This document shows, one piece after another, positions 61,039 through 64,000 of a DNA stretch of 64,000 bases. Position 1 is the stretch's first letter, and each line of letters starts with the position of its first letter. Both the position numbers and the translations under genes were made by a program. The notes beneath the pieces are model-generated. The model searched no databases, had not been told where the DNA came from, and worked only from the letters and a program-made list of their open reading frames with translations. Source of the DNA: Octopus bimaculoides (taxonomy: Eukaryota); NCBI RefSeq assembly GCF_001194135.2, contig NC_068990.1, forward strand, positions 88,249,971 to 88,313,970, given 5' to 3'.

Positions 61039-63907
61039 TTAAAGCTCATTTTCCAAGCCTACCTGGGTGGAACTGTTCAACAGCTTTCAATGATCCACAG
61101 GATTGCATGAAGCCCAAATGTCACCTATGGCATGGTTTCTGTTGCTTGATGCACTTTCTAGCACCAACCACTTTACAGAGTGTACTGGGTGGTGCTTTTA
61201 TTTCATGAAAGTGGCATTTGTGAGGTCAACAAACAAATTGAAAGCCAATTACTTTTCTCTGAGCTACATGTTTATGCACAGTGGTCTCCATCCACTCTAA
61301 CCATTTTTGCCACTTTCACCTTACATTCAATACTTTCTCTCCTCTCTTATCTTCTATAGAAGTGCAAATTTGTGTGAGAGATTGACGGAAGAGGTCAGTC
61401 TCTATTGTCTGATCTTTCAGCTCCTTTCGGTTCACAATATCTTCAACTATAGCTTCAAATCAAGTAAAATTGCCTTCTCTGCCCAGTTAACGAAGGGTTT
61501 GGGGCAACCACCTTAAACACAACAGCAGCTGTTTCACTTAATTCCACAAGTCAGGTCAACAATGCCTGAACAATGACTGGGTGCATGCAAAATGATTTTG
61601 TTTTGCTGCAAGTATCTCAGACAGGATTGTTGAGTGGTAGTTCCTTGACTGTAGATTTTTTTATCTTGGACTAGTAAAACCCCTTGGTGGCTTTGCAAAG
61701 CCAAGGATTTTAGGAAGTTGTCCATAGTATTCAGTGACCAAAAGGTTTGCAAAACATATTTGCCAGTTAGTTTTCATTGATGATGATGATCATCATCATT
61801 ATTTAATGTCTGCTTTCCAAGCTGGCATGTGTTGGATGGTCTACCGTGCTTCTACAGCTGGATGCCCTTCCTAATGCAAACCACTCTGATAGTGCAGTGG
61901 GTGCTTTTTATGTGCGACTGGCACAGGAGCCAGTCAGGAGGTATTGATGCTCAGTGCAAACCTTTAGATTACCAGTGCTCTATTCATCCACTAACTCTCA
62001 ATTGATTGTTAGAATGGGATATCCACCAATTCCATTACCCATGTCAGAATTCATCCAGTGTACTTTATCTTTTGTAATCCATAGGATTACATTGGATTAT
62101 ATGGTCATCCCCTTTACTTAAAATAGTGGTGTGTGATTGTGGGAGATTTTGTTAATATTTCTTGCATAAGTGTTTTCACAGTCACTGGCTCATGATAAAT
62201 ATTGAAGTTTAATATTGCAAGCTACCAAATCTGACATAGCTGATCCTCTGATATAATCTGATGCCTGGTTCAACACCACAATCTTCAGTTGGTCATAGCA
62301 AAGACGGTGAACAATATTTGGTCCAATGTTTATATATTTATTACAATATCAAGCATTCATATTGAGCCACATATTTTCTCAGGCTTGCTATTTAGCATTG
62401 AGATTCTTGTCAAAGGTAATGTTTATTTATTCACAGTTTAAGAAATTAATCATGCATCATCTTGTAGCTTGAAGATTTCAATGATGTGATTATTTTGTAC
62501 TAGAATGATGTTGTAGGTTAGGTATGAAAGGCTGGATATGGCTGATTTAATCATAAAGCAGGTAGAACTTTTGGGCTGGATATGGCTGGTTAAATGCTAG
62601 TGGTTTAATGATGTGTAAGGCAGAGGGTTGCCTCAAAATTTCATGTCATGATTGTTTCTGTTATGACTAGCTTATCAATAATAAGCTCAGTGAATCAATT
62701 ATGTATTCACTGTTGAAGGACGACATGACCACACATAATTTTAAAAAATCAATGGGATTGTGTAATGTCTCTGTCATGTCAAGTGAACTGATGAGGCTGA
62801 GAATCAAACCTAGATCCTTGAACCACACCACTCAGTTCACATTTATACTAAAAGAACAACTAGGGAAAAATACTCAAGGTCCCTTTCTGCATGGAAAACA
62901 AATATTAAACTGGCTAATTATTGAGCAAAGATATGATTAATTAGGATTTCACTCTCAATTCATGGTAAAATCATTATATTGACTTCTTCCGGTGAAGAAA
63001 TTTGGAAGAAACAAACTCTTAAAGATAATCATTATTTTTATTGTCACACTAAAAAAGGTACATTAAGTTGTGAGTGTACACTTTTACTACATACATATAC
63101 TAATTCACAAGATTACGATGAAAGTGCAATCATTTTTGTTATCCAGGCCAAAAACAGTAAATTCATGTAATTTGCTGTGACCTGCCACATTTAGTTACAT
63201 CGTTTTATATTCTGGATTTAATCTTAAGAGGATGTATTTTGCTTTTTACCCTTCTGATGTTGATAAATCAAGCACTAGTGAAGAAATAGTTACTTTATAT
63301 TCATGTATCCTCACAGAAAAATGTGTGGCAATATGCTTATATGAAGAACTGCTTCTATCAACATTGTTACTGTGAAGAATAATCATAATTACTGTTGTTG
63401 GTTAGGGTGATGTATTCACAGAATCGTTCTACCATCAGACAAAATGTGTTGTGGTATTTTTCTAATTCTTTAACTTCTGACTACAAATCCTGCTAACGAT
63501 AATTTTGCTCTTCCAGGGCCAATAAAATGTAGGGACCAGTTTAATTTTATTGGTCCCTCCAGGGCCAAATATATTAATTAACTCCTGCCTCAAACTTTTG
63601 GCCTTATTTCTTTGTCAAAAATTTATAGTATTGTTATTTTTCATTCTTCTCAATTATATTTACACTCTAGATATTCAAATCCATTTTGTGAAAGTAAAAA
63701 ATGCAGCTCTGGATGCAACAGAAAAAACATTATGGAGTAAGAAAAAAGTAACAGCAGATGCATGTGCTGAAAAATGTTTATCTGACAAAAGTTGTGTATC
63801 ATTTGAAATGACAAAAGCAAGTGGACTCTGTTACTTATTAAAAAAAACTGCAACTTCCTCAAAAATAAAAACAGACGAAAGCAGAGATTACTACCAACGA
63901 GTAAAAT
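1436..63907 (+). CDS. Interior of a giant multi-exon gene encoding (PAN-A/PAN-B/Sushi)n repeats; predicted extracellular glycoprotein, partial at both ends
   Basis: 34 homologous exons of three classes in repeating order. All are flanked by AG/GT, phase 1-1 and stop-free, with invariant Cys. Junction codons formed in genomic order are all sense codons. Summed exon length is 7185 nt. Confidence 0.88.
1943..2176 (+). CDS. Exon B1, PAN/apple-like type B
   Basis: ttccag|CT, G|gtcagt, 234 nt. NEHPVIFKRV...NIGRL...CHEACRAYPDCRIYEYNEKSKFCDLSNVT...WDAYLIHP. Confidence 0.9.
2550..2621. other. Assembly gap (others: 13657-13666, 31330-31442, 34904-35414, 42542-42706)
   Basis: N runs next to (TA)n or (TG)n microsatellites. 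Confidence 0.95.
3110..3335 (+). mobile_element. RTE-clade LINE endonuclease (APE) N-terminal fragment
   Basis: Translates to KVGTIAGSTGEIIERLEQCHVDMLGMQDVRWKG...KFFWVG...IGILLAENW, matching the APE N-terminus (xQExRWxG, GVGIL). Confidence 0.75.
3604..3774 (+). CDS. Exon C1, Sushi/CCP
   Basis: ttccag|TT, G|gtaaca, 171 nt. VFTEINCGAPKDIAG...YTCPGGEKQKSICEKDNLWTPVRFIC. Confidence 0.88.
6356..6595 (+). CDS. Exon A2, PAN type A
   Basis: tccag|AA, C|gtgatt, 240 nt. ETKNEFVKIK...CAEKCLSEENCLSFEITKEGGKCYLS. Confidence 0.9.
7171..7461. mobile_element. MITE/foldback element with imperfect terminal inverted repeats of about 45 bp and an internal 16-mer tandem
   Basis: Left cagacaggat...cacttttactgaaagacaagaagc; right gcttcttgtccttcggcaaaagtg...atcctgtctg. 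(gccaaacagacacaat)x3.75 at 7213-7272 has an inverted copy near 7392-7410. Confidence 0.65.
8169..8402 (+). CDS. Exon B2, PAN type B
   Basis: tgcag|CC, G|gtcagt, 234 nt. NDKHLMFKS...CNKTCLLSPECNSYLYNEKAKSCFLSNVT. Confidence 0.9.
8480..8720 (+). mobile_element. RTE LINE ORF2 3' fragment (same position as 30790-30910 and 57474-57535)
   Basis: VRTSMLHSSKMWALN...RLERNESSML, matching the RTE C-terminal pattern LYGSETW...LERxE. Confidence 0.65.
9150..9680 (-). mobile_element. Decayed non-LTR retrotransposon fragment, probably R4/Dong-type
   Basis: Minus-strand remnants TYPRRDSRG (LYxPRxxGGRG-like) and downstream motifs, with many stops. Confidence 0.4.
9959..10083. repeat. (AAT)n microsatellite
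   Basis: Direct observation. Confidence 0.95.
10572..10742 (+). CDS. Exon C2a, Sushi/CCP
   Basis: tttcag|TT, G|gtaaca, 171 nt. VYTEIDCGTPKDIAG...YVCPDGEQLKSICEKDNKWTSVASTC. Confidence 0.88.
11720..11890 (+). CDS. Exon C2b, Sushi/CCP
   Basis: tttcag|CT, G|gtaatg, 171 nt. AYEKINCGTPKDVVG...YICPKGVKLKSACRKDNKWTPVPSTC. Confidence 0.88.
13168..13407 (+). CDS. Exon A3, PAN type A
   Basis: tttag|AT, T|gtaatt, 240 nt. DPQIHFMELK...CAEKCLSDKTCLSFEINRRSRKCYLS. Confidence 0.9.
13723..14200 (+). mobile_element. Tc1/mariner-superfamily (maT-like) transposon 5' fragment
   Basis: Begins TA|cacagggtgtg after a (TA)n run. Encodes ...RTPEFVGEIQTMIDNAPSQSIRSIIRNMGVSEFLIRQVVHEDIRYSSYK (HTH region). Confidence 0.75.
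14536..14766 (+). CDS. Exon B3, PAN type B
   Basis: tgcag|CC, G|gtcagt, 231 nt. GEPLKLKKVSIP...CNETCYQYSECNSYDYNEEAKICELS. Confidence 0.9.
14920..16480 (-). mobile_element. RTE LINE 3' portion (RT remnants plus (GAT)n tail)
   Basis: Minus strand REKLGIKGIRCIVQQRRLHWFGHLMHMDENNC...RKTWD, with a tail at 14920 matching the RTE-SINE end. Confidence 0.7.
16505..16650. repeat. (CATA)n/(CA)n microsatellite
   Basis: Direct observation. Confidence 0.9.
16809..16979 (+). CDS. Exon C3, Sushi/CCP (absent from ORF track)
   Basis: ttccag|TA, G|gtaatg, 171 nt. My translation: VFTIIDCGPPKDIIGASKSYNTTTYKSEVTYTCPGKHKFKSICKEDNKWTSEVSHCK. Confidence 0.88.
17460..17877 (+). mobile_element. Tigger/pogo-like DNA transposon remnant (3' TIR gaggtatgcctg)
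   Basis: Ends in a pogo-type TIR 50 nt before the A4 acceptor and replaces the intron block found upstream of other A exons. The 5' end was not identified. Confidence 0.45.
17928..18167 (+). CDS. Exon A4, PAN type A
   Basis: tccag|CT, T|gtaatt, 240 nt. ASQIHFVKIE...CAQKCLSDRHCLSFETTKKSGKCYLS. Confidence 0.9.
19993..20226 (+). CDS. Exon B4, PAN type B
   Basis: tctag|CT, G|gtcagt, 234 nt. DDDLLKFKSTSIPGYDTFER...CDHVCHQTLGC...CDRSNAT...WGWD. Confidence 0.9.
20650..21340 (+). mobile_element. R4/Dong-type non-LTR retrotransposon RT fragment
   Basis: DHCESTNILTVEQ...LLINKTV...WLDYK*AFDFVLHSWMLETL, matching RT domains 1-3, with stops. Confidence 0.75.
21421..21591 (+). CDS. Exon C4, Sushi/CCP
   Basis: tttcag|AT, G|gtaatg, 171 nt. 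DYAKIECGLPKDIAG...YTCRKGEQLKSICGKNRKWTPVAETC. Confidence 0.88.
21872..22410 (+). mobile_element. Ty3/gypsy integrase fragment
   Basis: DSFTKWLEI...FTRFGIPDVIVYDNGAQFVSSEF / PYHPTSNGQAD...FKRALRK (rve core), frameshifted. Confidence 0.85.
22888..23127 (+). CDS. Exon A5, PAN type A
   Basis: tttag|AT, C|gtaatt, 240 nt. DTQIHFMKVK...CAGKCLSDKDCLSFELNRKSGECYLS. Confidence 0.9.
23690..24330 (-). mobile_element. R4/Dong-type RT fragment
   Basis: GPGPDSVQGY...; KDKSKGNIVCYYRPITCIPLVWKLLTGMLSESIYEHLDSQNLLP. Confidence 0.8.
24343..24630. repeat. Two (ATT)n microsatellites (24343-24442, 24556-24630)
   Basis: Direct observation. Confidence 0.95.
24631..24885 (+). mobile_element. tRNA-derived SINE (octopus-type, Meta-like central domain), relatively young
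   Basis: ggcggcgagctggcagaatc...ttctgagttcaaattcc...gtcaactttgccattcatcctttcggggtcgataaattaagtacc...gtagaaagg(ata)n. Family assignment is from memory. Confidence 0.75.
25477..25710 (+). CDS. Exon B5, PAN type B
   Basis: ttccag|CC, G|gtcagt, 234 nt. SNKTVSLKRV...NIGRL...CEQACHLYQGCRSYEYDDKAKMCDLSNVT. Confidence 0.9.
25840..26312 (+). mobile_element. RTE LINE 3' end with SINE-type tail
   Basis: MHWYGHVMCMGEDSCVKKC...GRGRPRKT followed by the gagtggttggcattaggaagggcatc motif. Confidence 0.75.
27071..27241 (+). CDS. Exon C5, Sushi/CCP (absent from ORF track)
   Basis: ttccag|TC, G|gtaata, 171 nt. VFSIIDCGPPKDIAGASKSYNSTAYNSEVIYTCPRGEKLKSVCKEDHKWMPFLSECK. Confidence 0.88.
27500..27690 (-). mobile_element. 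tRNA-derived SINE head (second family; similar copy at about 5285-5370)
   Basis: Reverse-oriented tRNA-like head gaactgaacccagaaccatgcatttgagaagcaaacttgttaccatgcagcca. Confidence 0.55.
28513..28752 (+). CDS. Exon A6, PAN type A
   Basis: ttcag|TC, C|gtaatt, 240 nt. VTEVHFVKIE...CEKKCLSDKTCLSFEINKGSGQCYLS. Confidence 0.9.
30507..30740 (+). CDS. Exon B6, PAN type B
   Basis: tctag|CT, G|gtcagt, 234 nt. NDEHFALKQVSIPK...CNEACYEYQGCNSYQYSEKNKLCVLSNIT. Confidence 0.9.
32207..32377 (+). CDS. Exon C6a, Sushi/CCP
   Basis: ttccag|TT, G|gtaaca, 171 nt. VFTRVNCGSPKDVVGAFKLYNAT...YTCSDGEQLKSECEKDNKWTPVASVC. Confidence 0.88.
33382..33552 (+). CDS. Exon C6b, Sushi/CCP (absent from ORF track)
   Basis: ttacag|AT, G|gtaatg, 171 nt. 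DYAQINCGTPKDIANASKSYKTTTYKSEVTYTCPKGEKLKSTCEKDNKWTPVASACK. Confidence 0.88.
33841..34077 (+). CDS. Exon A7, PAN type A (one-codon deletion)
   Basis: tctag|AT, T|gtaatt, 237 nt. DIQIHFVKVK...CAEKCFSDKKCVSFEIIKTSGLCYLL...ASSKIK. Confidence 0.9.
35860..36316 (+). mobile_element. Two tandem tRNA-derived SINE copies, same family as 24631
   Basis: Both carry gacttcgcctttcatcctttc/gactttgcctttcattctttc and end in gtagaaag(att)n. Confidence 0.7.
36948..37178 (+). CDS. Exon B7, PAN type B
   Basis: ttccag|CT, G|gtcagt, 231 nt. DEPLKLKKVSIP...CNEACQEYEGCNSYEYNENDKLCGLS. Confidence 0.9.
37282..38150 (+). mobile_element. Composite Tc1/mariner remnant: mariner 5' TIR and HTH, then maT-like catalytic C-terminus
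   Basis: TA|cacgtggtctgatcaataagt (also at about 35463). DEHSGRHTTSRTEKN...TIREL; then APSH...WPRNSPDLNPLAYYVW...AVIDAESDYI. Confidence 0.8.
38234..38404 (+). CDS. Exon C7, Sushi/CCP
   Basis: ttccag|TT, G|gtaatg, 171 nt. VFAKVDCGPPKDIAG...YTCTEGEKLKSICEDDNKWTPLASTC. Confidence 0.88.
38880..39119. mobile_element. pogo/Tigger-type MITE, 240 bp, TA target duplication
   Basis: TA|cagtaatcctttgccatattg ... caatagttgaagaattactg|TA, inserted in the conserved post-C intron block. Confidence 0.75.
40120..40356 (+). CDS. Exon A8, PAN type A
   Basis: tccag|TC, C|gtaatt, 237 nt. VAELHFVKIT...CAEKCLADPNCLAFEITKTGGKCYLT. Confidence 0.9.
42201..42434 (+). CDS. Exon B8, PAN type B
   Basis: ctccag|CA, G|gtcagt, 234 nt. 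TDEIIKFKSTMIPGEDTFER...CAQACHQNSKC...CDRSNVT...WGWD. Confidence 0.9.
42980..44285. repeat. Pyrimidine-rich tract (about 42980-43270) and purine-rich GA tract (about 43830-44285)
   Basis: Direct observation of low-complexity composition. Confidence 0.85.
44390..44682 (+). mobile_element. RTE-related SINE
   Basis: gtaaaagcacccatcacactctcagagcagttggcattaggaagggaatccag...ccatgccagcatgga...(gat)n. Confidence 0.75.
45340..45900 (+). mobile_element. R4/Dong-type non-LTR retrotransposon C-terminus (CCHC knuckle plus restriction-like endonuclease)
   Basis: AQDQALNT...ESVTHVVSACESLAQKEYEHRHDKVAQNLHWLLCCKYG...WDFDFQTD..DHRRPDIV, with stops. Confidence 0.85.
46280..46503 (+). mobile_element. RTE-related SINE, young copy (CpGs retained)
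   Basis: gtgacacgtaaaagcacccactacactctctgagtggttggcgttagg...catggaaagcggacgttgaacgatgatgatg. Confidence 0.8.
46578..46748 (+). CDS. Exon C8, Sushi/CCP
   Basis: ttccag|AG, G|gtaata, 171 nt. EYSQIECGPPKEVVG...YTCPNGEKVKSSCEKDNKWTPVVSSC. Confidence 0.88.
47012..47251 (+). CDS. Exon A9, PAN type A
   Basis: tctag|AT, T|gtaaat, 240 nt. DSQLHFVKIK...CAKKCLSDKNCLSFEITKGSGKCYLS. Confidence 0.9.
49084..49314 (+). CDS. Exon B9, PAN type B (absent from ORF track)
   Basis: tttcag|CT, G|gtcagt, 231 nt. DKPLQIKKVSTPEKKNIGRLTNVNLKKCNEACLQYIGCNSYEYNKKGKLCDLSNVTQLTAELKPNNGNWDIYMINP. Confidence 0.9.
49590..50186 (+). mobile_element. RTE LINE 3' end with SINE-type tail
   Basis: Similar to 25840-26312 and ends in (gat)n at about 50186. 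Confidence 0.7.
52140..52750 (+). mobile_element. Tigger (pogo) transposase C-terminus and 3' TIR
   Basis: WQYVSEFVEKYHHEK...LINDSALVHFRNILKVRKMQTFLDMFL; ends gaggtatcactg|TA. Confidence 0.75.
52840..53110 (+). mobile_element. Helitron PIF1-like helicase C-terminal fragment
   Basis: PFQFKR...[36 protein letters not shown]...QNIIYPEAL. Confidence 0.85.
53861..54031 (+). CDS. Exon C9, Sushi/CCP
   Basis: ttccag|TC, G|gtaatg, 171 nt. VFTIIDCGTPKDIATASKSYNSTTYKSEVIYTCPGGKKLKSECKEDSEWAPLSSGCK. Confidence 0.88.
54644..54883 (+). CDS. Exon A10, PAN type A
   Basis: ttcag|TC, C|gtaatt, 240 nt. VTEILFLKVK...CKKKCLSDKDCLSFEINKRSGQCYLS. Confidence 0.9.
55725..56520 (+). mobile_element. Probable Helitron-derived insertion
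   Basis: Diverges from the paralogous A6-B6 intron at about 55725, contains the 124-bp repeat of 53205-53328, and encodes IGDMNILCNQC...EPLNC-like Zn-region remnants. Confidence 0.45.
57162..57395 (+). CDS. Exon B10, PAN type B
   Basis: tctag|CC, G|gtcagt, 234 nt. NNEHFMLKKVSIPK...CNEECNRHHGCNSYQYNEENKLCALSNVT. Confidence 0.9.
58470..58740 (+). mobile_element. RTE LINE RT fragment
   Basis: IDEYLVKAVQDMYRDAASKARVG..., with the catalytic YADD (tatgctgatgat) near 58661. Confidence 0.75.
58940..59255 (+). mobile_element. mariner transposase C-terminus and 3' end
   Basis: REFLAK...PPYSPDLAPADFYLFPKTKMQLKG...WQECWDQCIAAKGDYLEGD. Confidence 0.85.
59331..59501 (+). CDS. Exon C10a, Sushi/CCP
   Basis: tttcag|CT, G|gtactg, 171 nt. 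AYSKIDCGSPKDVVGAFKLYNAT...YTCSNGEQLKSECEKDSKWTPVPSVC. Confidence 0.88.
59540..60480 (-). mobile_element. Decayed R4/Dong-type retrotransposon C-terminal fragment
   Basis: Minus-strand remnants resemble the pre-CCHC region. It is absent from the paralogous C6a-C6b intron. Confidence 0.45.
60717..60887 (+). CDS. Exon C10b, Sushi/CCP
   Basis: ttacag|AT, G|gtaatg, 171 nt. DYAQINCGTPEDVDNALKSYKTT...KSTCEKDNKWTPVASAC. Confidence 0.88.
60990..61205 (-). mobile_element. RTE-related SINE (another copy at about 61790-61935)
   Basis: (cat)n followed by ...gcaccaaccactttacagagtgtactgggtg; the second copy has ggatgcccttcctaatgcaaaccactc. Confidence 0.65.
63671..63907 (+). CDS. Exon A11, PAN type A (same one-codon deletion as A7)
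   Basis: tctag|AT, T|gtaatt, 237 nt. DIQIHFVKVK...CAEKCLSDKSCVSFEMTKASGLCYLL. Confidence 0.9.
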
Positions 63908-64000
63908 GTAATTATTTCTTTGTATTTTATTATTGGAATTATCTTTTCTAATTTTTTTTCTGATATTTCTGATTCCATTCCTGCTTCATAGTATATAGAC

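Noticed and set aside
1436-63907. Cluster of separate small PAN/Sushi genes or a pseudogene array
   Set aside because: No recurring start or signal exon or terminal exon is seen, the inter-cassette introns are as short as 263-288 nt, all exons are open on both sides in phase 1, and none carries a disabling mutation.

Overview
Eukaryotic, AT-rich, microsatellite- and TE-dense DNA. The SINE/RTE repeats look like those of octopus, which is an inference and not a database result. The whole window is the interior of one + strand gene built from a tandemly repeated exon cassette: A (4-Cys PAN/apple-like, 237-240 nt), B (a second PAN/apple-like type, 231-234 nt) and C (compact Sushi/CCP, 171 nt). 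I located 34 intact exons (11 A, 10 B, 13 C), all with canonical AG/GT ends and all phase 1-1. The order is ABC-ABCC-ABC-ABC-ABC-ABCC-ABC-ABC-ABC-ABCC-A, which gives 7185 nt or about 2395 codons if all are spliced together. No start, signal-peptide or stop exon is visible, so the gene appears to extend beyond both ends. The array is hierarchical (monomer, dimer, tetramer). It shows gene-conversion tracts and an apparent excess of amino-acid-changing substitutions, and it was duplicated together with its introns, including a fossil SINE next to the A acceptors. Introns carry decayed RTE and R4/Dong-type LINEs, a gypsy integrase, Tc1/mariner and Tigger fragments, MITEs, Helitron fragments, SINEs, microsatellites and five assembly gaps. 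Domain and TE names come from motif recognition by eye; no searches were run.
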